Assembly: GCA_900546435.1 (NCBI GenBank)
Contig: URCQ01000007.1
Location: forward strand, 17,150-81,149
Source: an uncultured Pseudobutyrivibrio sp.
GTDB lineage: Bacteria > Bacillota > Clostridia > Lachnospirales > Lachnospiraceae
Direction: 5' to 3'
Length of the DNA stretch: 64,000 nt
Position numbers and translations under genes: made by a program. Positions 21,338-32,204 of this stretch are shown piece by piece. The notes beneath the pieces are model-generated. The model did not search any database and was not told where the DNA came from. It saw only the letters and a program-made list of their open reading frames with translations. How positions within the stretch are numbered: position 1 is the first letter of the stretch; the number at the start of each line of letters is the position of its first letter.

Positions 21338-21409
21338 CAAATCCCCCCCTATTGATGTCATTTCTCTTTTGTCCTATTATACCCCCGTGCATAACTTTTG
21401 TCGTGTATT

Positions 21410-22339
21410 TTATGACAAATGTGGCATCTGCAGTGCCCCAGGAATACAACGATACGTAATATCTGTCTGATCTCCACAATCCTCACCATCGGCATGTACC
21501 ACCATTGGCTTGTCAAATACGATATGCAATTCTTTTGCATTTACAATCTGAAATCCTCGAATATTCTCATGTTTGCCGGCTAGCAAAAATGGGAAACAGA
21601 ACAAACAAAGAACACGTGGAATACCATACACAAGACACACAGATAGCTTGCCATCATGTGCATCTGCTGATGGTGCCATTGGTACTGCCCCACCTTCACA
21701 AGGGAAATTCATTGCTGCAGCAAAAATAACGTTTTTCATAGAAAGCTGTTTGCCATTATGAAGTGTTGCCGTTCCAGATACAAACGGTGCTCGGAATAAT
21801 TCTGCAACGGTCAAAAGTCCATAGGTTAATTTCCCCAGATGAAGTTTATTTAAGAATACCTTCAAACGTGATGTCAATGCTTTTCGACAGACTGCTGCAT
21901 CAATACCCGCACCTGCGCTGATGGCAAATCGTCGCGTCTTTCCTCCGCACTCGACTTCCCCCACATCAATCGCATCTGTTGTTTCGGACGCCAGAATCTG
22001 ACGTAAAATCTGTTCTGGTTCTGCTGTAATATGCAGTCCTCTGGCAAAATCATTGGCAGATCCCAGTGGAAGATATCCAAAAGTAACACGCGAAAAATCA
22101 CAGATACCATTTAACACTTCATTTACCGTTCCGTCGCCCCCTCCAACGACAAGAAAGCGGTATGTTCCATCCTGTGTCAATTCACGTGCAATCTCTGTTG
22201 CATGACCAATGTACTCCGTAATATGTACGTTGTAAGAAACCCCTTCTTTTTTCAGAATTTTCTCTAACAATTCCCAAGTCGCCTGTGACTTTCCGGTACG
22301 GGAATGCAGATTGATAATAAATTCGTATGTTGTATTCAT
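21410..22339 (-). CDS. Diacylglycerol kinase family (YegS/DgkB-like) lipid kinase
   Basis: GGDGTVNE, PLGSANDFAR, GAGIDA, DGE; start set at MNTTYEF behind RBS GAGGGGG. Confidence 0.9.
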   Translation of the reverse strand: MNTTYEFIINLHSRTGKSQATWELLEKILKKEGVSYNVHITEYIGHATEIARELTQDGTYRFLVVGGGDGTVNEVLNGICDFSRVTFGYLPLGSANDFARGLHITAEPEQILRQILASETTDAIDVGEVECGGKTRRFAISAGAGIDAAVCRKALTSRLKVFLNKLHLGKLTYGLLTVAELFRAPFVSGTATLHNGKQLSMKNVIFAAAMNFPCEGGAVPMAPSADAHDGKLSVCLVYGIPRVLCLFCFPFLLAGKHENIRGFQIVNAKELHIVFDKPMVVHADGEDCGDQTDITYRCIPGALQMPHLS

Positions 22340-22467
22340 TTTTACCCCCTCTTCATGCATTCTCATTTGAATTATGCACTTAAACATGATAACATACTTA
22401 TGCACTTACGCATTTCATGCGTTATATAGTTAATATATTTTACTACAAATCAGTCAGGAATAAAACC

Positions 22468-23748
22468 ATGTTTAACAAATCTATTTTCTTTCAAAAATCT
22501 GAACATAATATCAAACGTTTTACATCCACTACGCGCTGGTTGATGATGTCTGTTTTCATCGGACTTGTCGTCGGCCTGATCAGTGGGTCTTTTGGATATT
22601 TATTGCAGTGTGTGACAGATTTCCGTCTAGCACATTCCTACTTATTATATGGTCTTCCTTTTGGAGCCGTAGTCATTGTTGCAATGTACCATCTGGTTCT
22701 GCACGAAAAAGATCCTGGTACCAACCTCGTCATCTCTGCCATTCACTCTGGAGATCGTATTCCACTGCGTATGGCTCCGTTAATCTATATCAGCACCATT
22801 TTAACACATCTTGTCGGTGGTTCCGCCGGGCGTGAAGGGGCTGCTTTGCAATTGGGAGGCAGCATTGGAAATGCTTTTGGTGAGTATCTCGGCTTCCACG
22901 AAAAAGATGACCGCAACATCATGATTATGTGTGGTATGAGCGCTGCTTTCTCCGCACTCTTTGGTACGCCGATTGCAGCTGCTGTATTTTCTATGGAAGT
23001 CGTCAGTGTCGGTATCATGCACTATGCTGCGCTACTGCCTTGCGCTGTATCATCTCTGATTGCCCGCGCGATTGCTTTCCATTTATTTGGCATTGCGTCA
23101 CCTTATTATGACATTTTAGAATTGCCTGCTTTTGATATAAAAAGTGCTCTTTGGATTTCCTTATTTTCAGCACTTTGTGGACTTGTCAGCATTTTCTTCT
23201 GCGTGACATTGCACCAGACGTCTGCACTGTATCAACGTTTTTTTAAAAACCCATATTTACGTGCTTTCGTTGGTGGTTCTCTCGTCCTTCTTCTTTCCAT
23301 CGGCGTTGGTGGAATTGATATGCAGACCTATAACGGCACCGGAACTTCTATGATTTCCATCTGTATGGATGGCAATATATCTTCCCTTGCCTTTTTATTA
23401 AAGATTCTTTTTACTGCTTTAACCCTTGGATGCGGTTATAAAGGTGGCGAAATTGTACCGACATTTTTCATCGGAGCTGCTTTCGGTTCTATGTTTGGAA
23501 ACCTCATCGGATTTTCACCATCTCTGTGCGCAGCAATTGGCATGGGCGCTATGTTCTGTGGTGTAACCAACAGCCCGATCACATCGCTTCTTATTTGTTT
23601 CGAGCTGTTTGGATTTGAAGGCACACCATTCTTTTTACTGGCGATTGGATTTAGCTACACCGTTTCCGGCTACTATAGTCTCTACAGTAGTCAGAAGATT
23701 GTATACTCCAAATACAAATCAAATTTTATCGACAAAAACGCCAAGTGA
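22468..23748 (+). CDS. ClC-family anion channel/antiporter
   Basis: GTNLVI, GGSAGREG, FGTP.AA, GGEIVP motifs. Confidence 0.9.
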   Translation: MFNKSIFFQKSEHNIKRFTSTTRWLMMSVFIGLVVGLISGSFGYLLQCVTDFRLAHSYLLYGLPFGAVVIVAMYHLVLHEKDPGTNLVISAIHSGDRIPLRMAPLIYISTILTHLVGGSAGREGAALQLGGSIGNAFGEYLGFHEKDDRNIMIMCGMSAAFSALFGTPIAAAVFSMEVVSVGIMHYAALLPCAVSSLIARAIAFHLFGIASPYYDILELPAFDIKSALWISLFSALCGLVSIFFCVTLHQTSALYQRFFKNPYLRAFVGGSLVLLLSIGVGGIDMQTYNGTGTSMISICMDGNISSLAFLLKILFTALTLGCGYKGGEIVPTFFIGAAFGSMFGNLIGFSPSLCAAIGMGAMFCGVTNSPITSLLICFELFGFEGTPFFLLAIGFSYTVSGYYSLYSSQKIVYSKYKSNFIDKNAK

Positions 23749-23753
23749 TGCCT

Positions 23754-23783
23754 AGGACGCTCCTCGTGGCAACAGGAACGTCC
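23754..23783. repeat. REP-like hairpin / bidirectional terminator between convergent genes
   Basis: GGACGcTCCT-CGTGGCAAC-AGGAaCGTCC. Confidence 0.55.
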
Positions 23784-23792
23784 CCGACACAA

Positions 23793-26126
23793 CTACTCCT
23801 CTGTCATAAAATAGAGGCGGGATGCGTAATCCGGAAAATGACGTACTTCATCACTGTAGCCAGTTCCCACAAACGATTGCTTTAATTTGACACCATCGTA
23901 CATAATAGATGCTCCGCTGCAGATATAGTCTTCGGTCTCTCCATCCATCTTTACAAATCTTGCCAACACATTATGTACCAGTGAATCCGGTTTTACATGA
24001 ATCGGTGCTGCTGTATTGACGAGATCACCAAATTCTTTGATATTATATTTTCTTGGCAAACCAACAAAATGATACATAGCAAGCGGATCCAATCCCTTTG
24101 CTGTATATTTCTTAAACATCGCATTTGGCTGCACTTCTCTTTGCATAAGCATACCAATTGCCGTCTTTTTATCCTGTGATACCACATTCCATTGGAAGCA
24201 ATTTCCATTTTCTACACGATAAAAATCTCCATATTGCCATATGCTACGGTATTCTTTATACAGGGCAATCTGCGCCTTAATTTGCTCTAGTTCCTCTTTT
24301 GACATATCACACAAATTGCATTCATATCCCAGCACACCAAAAGATGCCACAGCAAATCTGGATTCTAATGGTGTCACACGAAGCGTCTGGTGATTTGGAC
24401 ATGCCGATACATGTGCAGAAACACAAGACATTGGATAGCCATAGCTATATCCGTTTTGGATGGTCAGCCGACATACAGCATCCGTATTATCACTTGCCCA
24501 AATCTGTGGAAAATAGCAAAGCATCCCTAGGTCAAAACGATTCCCACCTGATGCACATCCCTCAAATAATACCTCCGGAAATGCCTCTGTCAGCTCTTTT
24601 GCCAGGCGATACACACCTTGGATATAACGATGCGCTACTTCCTGCTGTCGGTCACTTGGCAAATATTGTGAATAATAATCTGAAATAATACGATTCATAT
24701 CCCACTTTACATAGGCAATATTTGCACTTCCAATCACATTTTTCATCTGCGCAATCATATAATCCACAACCTCAGGATTTGCAAAATCAAGCACTCTTTG
24801 GTTACGGCCTTCCGCATGATCTTTTCCAGGAATTTCCATACTCCACTCCGGATGCGCCCGGTATAAATCACTATCGACATTCACCATCTCCGGTTCCACC
24901 CAAATACCGAAAGAAAGTCCAAGATCATTTACTTTCTTGCAAAGCCCTGCCACACCATTTGGTAGCTTCTTCGTATTCGGACTCCAGTCCCCCAACGCTT
25001 TTGTATCATTATCCCGCGTTCCAAACCAGCCATCATCCATAACAAACAGCTCCACACCGACGTCTTTTCCCATCTTAGCAAGACGAAGTAAGCTACTCTC
25101 TGAAATGTCAAAATAAGACGCTTCCCAACTATTCAAAAGTACCGGTCGCTCTTTATGCTGCCAGACACCCCTTACCACATGTTCTCTTACAAACGGATGC
25201 ATATGACTGCTGATGCCGGAAAATCCTTCATGTGAAAATGTCATCACTGTTTCTGGAGCTTCGAATGCTTCCCCCGGTGCAATTTTAAACGCAAAATTGG
25301 TAGGATTGATGCCACTGACAATACGTGTTTTATCAAAACTGTTGACTTCTACAGCCTCGTAATGATTTCCACTGTATACCAGATTGAATCCATAACAATT
25401 GCCCATCGTCTCCGATGTTCCTGGTTCACTCACCATAAAAAATGGATTGCATCGGCTGGAAGAACTTCCGGTATAAGAGGAATTTACAAATTTCCCAATA
25501 TTTACCGTCGTATCATAACGGTTCATTTCCTTTGTCCATCCACCATGGAATGATGTCACCACATACCCCGCCTGATTTAAATCCAACTGCATGCTCATCA
25601 GTCGCGTAAGTTGTACCGTTTGTTCTGACTTATTGATAAATTTACTGCTTCGGACAATCACATCTTCCTCTGGAAAAATGCTATATACCAGTTCTAAAAG
25701 AAATCCCTCGTTTTTATCACGCAAATGTACCACCAGCTGTTCTGCATCTTCTACATCCGCATAGGTACTTGGCAGTGTTTCTAATGCCGCCTTGCCTTTC
25801 TTTTCCACCGCATCTACAAACACAAAATCCGTTGTACTGCTTCCGTCTGCACAAATCACCTCAATCATTGGTTCCCGGATATCTCCCTTGCCATAGCCAG
25901 ACATTTCTAAGCACATATCCTCTAAAGTAAAATTAAGATGCTTCTGGTCATAGGCAATCGTATTGCCCGGAGCAAAAGTATGTTTTTCCACCAGACTAGC
26001 GCCATTTCCTAACGCAATTTTCCTTCCATAATACAAATGTTCTAATTGTCCTGTCTCCATCACACGAAAAGCGTATGTCGTTTCTTTTGTGTGCAATGCA
26101 TATAAATGATCATGAATTTCTATCAT
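23793..26126 (-). CDS. Alpha-galactosidase (GH36)
   Basis: NSWEA.YF, FVMDDGWFG, FGIWVEPEMV, YVKWDMNR, CASGGNRFD, WASDNTD; start set at MIEIHDH behind RBS GAGGAGG. Confidence 0.95.
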   Translation of the reverse strand: MIEIHDHLYALHTKETTYAFRVMETGQLEHLYYGRKIALGNGASLVEKHTFAPGNTIAYDQKHLNFTLEDMCLEMSGYGKGDIREPMIEVICADGSSTTDFVFVDAVEKKGKAALETLPSTYADVEDAEQLVVHLRDKNEGFLLELVYSIFPEEDVIVRSSKFINKSEQTVQLTRLMSMQLDLNQAGYVVTSFHGGWTKEMNRYDTTVNIGKFVNSSYTGSSSSRCNPFFMVSEPGTSETMGNCYGFNLVYSGNHYEAVEVNSFDKTRIVSGINPTNFAFKIAPGEAFEAPETVMTFSHEGFSGISSHMHPFVREHVVRGVWQHKERPVLLNSWEASYFDISESSLLRLAKMGKDVGVELFVMDDGWFGTRDNDTKALGDWSPNTKKLPNGVAGLCKKVNDLGLSFGIWVEPEMVNVDSDLYRAHPEWSMEIPGKDHAEGRNQRVLDFANPEVVDYMIAQMKNVIGSANIAYVKWDMNRIISDYYSQYLPSDRQQEVAHRYIQGVYRLAKELTEAFPEVLFEGCASGGNRFDLGMLCYFPQIWASDNTDAVCRLTIQNGYSYGYPMSCVSAHVSACPNHQTLRVTPLESRFAVASFGVLGYECNLCDMSKEELEQIKAQIALYKEYRSIWQYGDFYRVENGNCFQWNVVSQDKKTAIGMLMQREVQPNAMFKKYTAKGLDPLAMYHFVGLPRKYNIKEFGDLVNTAAPIHVKPDSLVHNVLARFVKMDGETEDYICSGASIMYDGVKLKQSFVGTGYSDEVRHFPDYASRLYFMTEE

Positions 26127-26193
26127 ATTTTTCCTCCTCGTTAGTCGCAGAGGTGCCAAAAGGACGCCCCTCCGGCACCTAGCACCTGTTGCA

Positions 26194-27597
26194 CTATTTT
26201 CTACTATGTAATTCTTCTGTGATTTCTTCCATCTTAGCATCTGTCAAAATATATTTCTTTGCAAATACGATCGCACCGATAATCAAAACAACAATTGGAA
26301 TCAATGTCATAGAAAAACGAAGTCCCATTCTTGATCCCTCTGCAATTGGTTCAACGATAACAGCCTCCTTATCACTGCTGATATGGAAAATATACAATAC
26401 CATAGAAGATACAAATCCCGCGATACCGGAAGCAAGCTTTACAACAAACGTCTGCATAGAGAAAATCACAGATTCGTCTCTTCGATGATTCTTTAACTCA
26501 CCGTAATCAACGGTGTTGGCAAGAAAGATGGTAATGATAACATTTAACACACCTACCGCTGACATAATGAGTGCTGCCGGGATCAAAAGCAAAACTACAT
26601 TTGTTGCTCCCGCTAAAGATACCACAATAATAATGATATAACCTGCAATCGCCATTCCAAAACATGTATAGAAAATCTTAACCGTATCCATAAACTTACG
26701 AAGGATTGGGAAAAACAGCATCATGGAAAGAATCTGGAAGCCGCCGCCCACCATATTAAATAAAGTAAAATCACCCTGGTAAGAATTCGGACTAAAATCA
26801 TATTTCAAGAAGAAATAAACAAGCTGCTGTGTAATATAAAGTGCCGTATTAATCATAACAATAGCTACAACAACTGTCATCGCCTGATCATTTTGTACCA
26901 ACGCCTTAAACATATCTTTGATAGACGCAGCCTTCATATCTACTGTTGATTTTTCCTTGATGAAAAAACAGGTAATACAAATAAAAATCACAAACAAAAC
27001 AGCAATAATCAATGCAAATTTGCTATATCCCAGACGATTGATTTCATTATCTGTTGTTCCGCCGCACATTTTACCAAGTGCTGCCACACTCATAACCGTA
27101 ATAATGGAAATCAGCGCAGAACCTACACCTGCACAAGAACGGGCAAAGGCTGACAGACTTTCTCTTTCTTTCCCGGATTCTGTAAATGCCGGTACCATAG
27201 ACCAGTATGGGATATCCATCATGGTGTACGTCATGCCCCAAAGAATGTAAGTTACCGATGCGTACGCAATCAATCCAGCCCCATCCAACTCTGGTGGAAT
27301 AGAGAACATCAAATATAAAATCACCGCATTGGTAATGGTTCCAATCAAAAGCCATGGGCGAAACTTTCCCCATTTTGTCTTCGTTTTTGCAACGATTACA
27401 CCCATAATCGGATCATTAAACGCATCAAAAACACGCGCTACCATCAAAAGAACCGCAATCGCCGCCGCACTAATACCCATAACATCCAAAAAATAAATGG
27501 ATATGTATGACGCTGATAGCATATAAACCATATCTTTTCCGACTGCGCCAATACCATAAGCAAACTTCTCTTTGCCATTTAACTTCTTCGTTTCCAT
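26194..27597 (-). CDS. Glycoside-pentoside-hexuronide (MelB-like) symporter
   Basis: YGIGAVGKD, DAFNDP, KWGKFRPW, DIPYWS, VDYGE. Confidence 0.92.
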   Translation of the reverse strand: METKKLNGKEKFAYGIGAVGKDMVYMLSASYISIYFLDVMGISAAAIAVLLMVARVFDAFNDPIMGVIVAKTKTKWGKFRPWLLIGTITNAVILYLMFSIPPELDGAGLIAYASVTYILWGMTYTMMDIPYWSMVPAFTESGKERESLSAFARSCAGVGSALISIITVMSVAALGKMCGGTTDNEINRLGYSKFALIIAVLFVIFICITCFFIKEKSTVDMKAASIKDMFKALVQNDQAMTVVVAIVMINTALYITQQLVYFFLKYDFSPNSYQGDFTLFNMVGGGFQILSMMLFFPILRKFMDTVKIFYTCFGMAIAGYIIIIVVSLAGATNVVLLLIPAALIMSAVGVLNVIITIFLANTVDYGELKNHRRDESVIFSMQTFVVKLASGIAGFVSSMVLYIFHISSDKEAVIVEPIAEGSRMGLRFSMTLIPIVVLIIGAIVFAKKYILTDAKMEEITEELHSRK

Positions 27598-27624
27598 GTT
27601 ACAAACCTCCTCATATAACCCCTT

Positions 27625-29094
27625 TTACTTGTTTTTCTCTTTTAATCCCATGGCAATTTCTACCACTTTATAGGCACCATCATATAGACCAATCGACTTG
27701 TTTAATTTGATGCTGTCACACATCTCTGCAAGTAACTGTTCATCTTTCATAAAAATATCTATCATCTGCAAGGTATGTGGGATATCGCGACATTCGAGCG
27801 TTCCATCTCCCATCTCTGCCGAATGAATTGCTCCCCACATTTCATGCTTTCCCACGCGCTTAATAAAAAGCTTTGGTACCGGATAAAATGCCAATTCACT
27901 TGGTTTTGTTACAAGCACATCCGCACTTCGCATCAAAAGATTCGTGCAATATACTGCCTCAAAAATGTTTTCATGATAAAATGCGTGAATACCGGTAACC
28001 GCTCCCTGTAGTGCCTCTTCTGCAAATATCGTTGTCTCTCCAAATGCATTGAAATGTTCGGTAGCTATTTCTGCCAATTCCGGAATTTCCTGTAAAAGAT
28101 CATCCCAGACATTCTTATAATCTCCAACATTCACATAAAGTGCTGCCTCATCTTTTTTGATCATTGGCAACAGATATGTAATGATTGCTGCAAAAATTTC
28201 TTTTTGCGCACCGGCACCACCAATCGTAAGAAGGAAGCGCATAGGTTCTTTCTTCTTCTTTCTTGCCATTCTTGCTTCACAGTCTGCTTCAATATTAGAA
28301 ACCAACTCATGGTCAATATAATGTCCCGTATACACAAGCGCATCATTTGGCATTTCCTTACAAACCGCATCTCCATTCATACCGTTACAAATACGATATC
28401 CCATGTAAGCATTTTTACACTGGATTGTATGCACACTTCCTTCTGCAAAATGGAGTGCCATTGGCCAGTTATCTGGAATTGCATTTACCACATGTTTCAT
28501 ACCTGCATGAATCGCTGCCTGCGCAGGCCATACATGCGTACCAATGACTGGAATATCCTTTGGCACATTGCGATAAACTGGCGCCATCAGTTCTGCATTC
28601 TTTTGATCTGCAGCATTGTATTTCAACTGACGAAAGGTTTCATAATTCGTCGGTTCCCATATAAATTTATTAAATAGTGCATTCTTAGATAAACGTGAAC
28701 CCAGGGAATACAAATCGTTTTGTGCACTAATCACTTTTGTACAAGTTGTCTGCGGATAACTGTTCAAATCCATCCAATATGGTGTATATCCCATCGATTT
28801 TGCAGCAGATGCCATTGCCATGGAAATTCGGTAATGACCAAATCCCATGCGAATATTACCTACAATAATTCCTTTTTCATGGTCAAAACTCTCCGGACTT
28901 TCTCCTTCTTTTAAAAGAATGTCATACATACCAAGTGCATCACCGATACGATCGTTTTTTTGGATATAAACCGGATAATCCACATTTGTGTCATCGCCAA
29001 ATTTCTTAATGAATTTGTTTTTTGATTTCACTGCTTGTTTATAAATTTTGTCACTCATGACATTTCCAAAAATTACTTTTGATTTTTCTTCCAT
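27625..29094 (-). CDS. GT-B fold protein resembling MGDG synthase/GT28 glycosyltransferases
   Basis: MGFGH, GTH.WP, PDNWP, LLTIGGAG, LMRSADVLVTKPSE parallel the GT28/MGDG-synthase motifs. Confidence 0.6.
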   Translation of the reverse strand: MEEKSKVIFGNVMSDKIYKQAVKSKNKFIKKFGDDTNVDYPVYIQKNDRIGDALGMYDILLKEGESPESFDHEKGIIVGNIRMGFGHYRISMAMASAAKSMGYTPYWMDLNSYPQTTCTKVISAQNDLYSLGSRLSKNALFNKFIWEPTNYETFRQLKYNAADQKNAELMAPVYRNVPKDIPVIGTHVWPAQAAIHAGMKHVVNAIPDNWPMALHFAEGSVHTIQCKNAYMGYRICNGMNGDAVCKEMPNDALVYTGHYIDHELVSNIEADCEARMARKKKKEPMRFLLTIGGAGAQKEIFAAIITYLLPMIKKDEAALYVNVGDYKNVWDDLLQEIPELAEIATEHFNAFGETTIFAEEALQGAVTGIHAFYHENIFEAVYCTNLLMRSADVLVTKPSELAFYPVPKLFIKRVGKHEMWGAIHSAEMGDGTLECRDIPHTLQMIDIFMKDEQLLAEMCDSIKLNKSIGLYDGAYKVVEIAMGLKEKNK

Positions 29095-29097
29095 TTT

Positions 29098-31547
29098 TTA
29101 TTTATCCTCCCTTGCCTGCTGTACTTCCAATGGTATGGTAATTGTTTTCATGCCTTCGCATTGCAGCGTAACACCAGCCGTGCCGCCTCTTCCCATAGAT
29201 TTGATGTAAATTCCGGTTGCACCCCCACGAAGTGGTACTGTAGCAGGACCAATCACTTCCACTGGGCCTTCTGTTGTAACGGTAACCGCTTCCTGCATAT
29301 AGTAAAGCTGGTTTCCATATTCATCTACTGCGCGCACGCGAAGCTCTATGACATCATAGGTAATATTTTCTATCAAACATGTTGCCGACGCCTGCACTGC
29401 CAAAGTAGCTTTTTTCATTGGCGTCTTGACCAAAGACCTGACGACCTTTCCATCTTTTATCGCATCAAAACGGTACTGTTTGGATTCTCCACCCCAGTCA
29501 CCAACATACTTGTTGTACAAACCAACTGCTTCATTTGGATCCATGCGATACACTAGCAGCAGCTGCAACACATCCCACAATAATTTCGGTGTCAGGCGCA
29601 TTCCATGCATTGCCACCTGGTTCAGCCCATCTTTTACGATCTTCGCTTGTCGTTTGCTATACCCTTCTTCTTTTACAAGTACATCGCCCACATAGTCATC
29701 AATCAAAATTGGACCATGTGCAAGATGCTTGTATTTGGAATCCTTTTGTGTATATTCCTTAATCAAAATATTATTTTTAAACATTTGCACACAATCCGCA
29801 TTAGAAACAAGGTAGGTATCTCCTCTATTGCACGCAGGATGCTCTCCGATATCCATCGTAGATGATAATTCCAGCACTGGTACTTTTTTGCCTTGACTTG
29901 CATAGATCGCAGCTGCCGGCTTTGGATTACGGAACATATCCATCACGCCATGGTAACAAATGCGATCACCGCTGCCGAAATCCTTGTGCGTATTATAATC
30001 AAACATACACCAGCCAAAGCTTCCAGCAATATCATCCTGTCCCGCTATCGCATCCAAAACATTTGCATGGCGAATCATATGCTCGCGTCTATGTTCTTCC
30101 CAATCAAACATTTTTGTTGGATACATATGCCCATTGTATTCTGTCACCAGATATGGCTTTTCCGTATCAGACGTTACTTTTGTTTTCGGTTCACAACCAC
30201 AATTCTGACCACTGTGCACAAAATCATTGTAGGTATAAACATCTTCAAGCAAATGACTCTTCTTCATCGCCCGCACACCACCGGTCTGTCTCGTATCATC
30301 CAGTTCGTGTGCCACCGCGTTCGTACGCTCGTAAAACGCATCATCATCCTGCGATTCATTGATACGCACACCCCAGAGAATAATGGATGGTTGCGATACT
30401 GTATTACCATCTCACGCACATTCTGGATCGCCTGCTCTTTCCATGCCTCTCCTCCAATGTGCTGCCAACCCGGCATTTCTGTAAACACCAGAAGACCCCG
30501 GCGATCACACTCGTCAATAAAATACTGTGACTGCGGATAATGAGATGTTCTGACAGCATTTAAAGACAATTCTTCTTTTAAAATCTTTGCATCCAATCTC
30601 TGCATGGATTCCGGCATCGCATATCCTACATATGCATAACTCTGATGACGATTCAATCCGCGGATTTTCACTTTTCTTCCATTCAGATAAAAACCATCCT
30701 TTCGGAATGCCGCATCACGAAATCCTACGGTTGTTTTCTTTTCATCCACAACCTGATCTTGATACAACAGCTGCGTCACAACCTCATATACCTTTGGACT
30801 TTCCACATCCCATAACGCAATTTCCGATACCTGCGCCCGCAAAGAAGACGTTGCAATTGGAGCCTCTAGCACAACCGTATCTTCCACCAGCTGCCGAATC
30901 CCCACTTCGCCACGTTGCATTGCCTCATTAGCCTCTTGAGAAAATGTCAATTCCGATGTCAAAATTCCATCTCGGCACACCGCTGCAATCTCCTCTGTGC
31001 GCATTCCTTCTGTCACCACTGGGTTTACAAATGCAGGTTTCACAAAAATATCTTCTATATAGATAGGATTCTTTATTTCCAAGTAAACATCACGATAAAT
31101 ACCCCCATATGTCATGTAGTCAATCACAAAACCAAACGGCGGCTGATCCAGATTCTCATGCGAATCTACCACGACTGTCAGCAAATTATCAGATCCATAT
31201 ACCAAAGCATCCGATAAATCGACTGTAAAAGCGGTATATCCACAATGATGTTCTGCCACCTTTTTGCCCGCTACGTATACTTTTGCTTCGTGACCTACTG
31301 CTTCAAATGTCAGCAGAACCTTTTTTTGTTGCCACCCCTCCGGAGCATATAACACGCGCTGATAACAACAGCACATCTGATAGAGTTGTTCGTCAAAATA
31401 ATGATATGGTGTCTCCTTACACGTATGCGGCAGACACACCGTCTGTGCTTTTGCTGTATCCATCGCATCCTCTATCATATCTTCTGTAAATTCTTCTGTA
31501 AAAAGCCAATCTCTCATCAAATAGATACGATCGTTCATCTCTTTCAT
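29098..31547 (-). pseudogene. GH2 beta-galactosidase split by a frameshift near 30383-30390
   Basis: ORF 30264..31547 carries GLNRHQ, RTSHYPQ, YRNHP; ORF 29098..30369 continues (WGV)RINES, TEYNGHM, WCMFDYNTH. Confidence 0.88.
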
Positions 31548-31552
31548 CCTCT

Positions 31553-32110
31553 CTATCTATGTACCACAATCCCATCGACCATAATCGTAACCAGTTCTTC
31601 TAATGCTTTCATATAATCAATGCCCGCCTTTTGGAGCTCGTCTCCCATAATAAAACGTTCCACTGCGGATTCAAACACCAGTTGAAAAATGCGAAAATCT
31701 ACCGGGCGGATAATCCCTTCTTCCACCCCCTGTTCCAACAGACTGTTTGTCATCTCCCAGCCACTTTCCAATCGTTCTTTTACTCGCTCATATGCCTGTG
31801 GATGCTTCTCTCGTAAGACATAAAATTGTGTAAAATCAAATTCTGTATAATTTTCCGGCATCACACCAAGAATCTTTCGAATCTTTTGTAACAAGGATAA
31901 ATGTTTATCCTCCATTACCATGGCTTCGCTTTCCTTAATGTAATCAAACACATAATCTACCATAGCCAGTAACAATTCATTTTTGTCAGAAAAAACTGTG
32001 TAAATGGTTTTCTTGCTCATTCCAAGTTCCGTTGCCAGTTCATCCATCGTAAATCTGACACCCTGTCGTGCCACAATTCTCAATGCACCTTCTATAATTC
32101 TTTTTTCCAT
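31553..32110 (-). CDS. TetR/AcrR family regulator
   Basis: FTMDELATELGMSKKTIYTVFSDK HTH. Confidence 0.93.
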   Translation of the reverse strand: MEKRIIEGALRIVARQGVRFTMDELATELGMSKKTIYTVFSDKNELLLAMVDYVFDYIKESEAMVMEDKHLSLLQKIRKILGVMPENYTEFDFTQFYVLREKHPQAYERVKERLESGWEMTNSLLEQGVEEGIIRPVDFRIFQLVFESAVERFIMGDELQKAGIDYMKALEELVTIMVDGIVVHR

Positions 32111-32135
32111 ATCCGTAACCTCCTGTTTTTCATCA

Positions 32136-32204
32136 AGGAAACTAGAAAACTAAAAATAGTTTTATCGTTTCCTCTATTGTAACACCCCATTTTTCCAGCC
32201 GCAA
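32136..32204 (-). promoter_or_regulatory. Promoter (TTGCGG-17-TACAAT, 32176-32204) with adjacent long palindromic operator (32136-32173)
   Basis: AGGAAACtagAAAACTA-aaaa-TAGTTTTatcGTTTCCT immediately downstream of -10, typical of TetR autoregulation. Confidence 0.65.

Noticed and set aside
22340..22467. Fluoride riboswitch upstream of ClC
   Set aside because: No GGCGATGG..TTCGCC-like core visible
29098..31547. Programmed frameshift or genuine two-subunit GH2
   Set aside because: No slippery heptamer; the break is inside the catalytic motif and a residue is missing, which fits a 4-bp deletion
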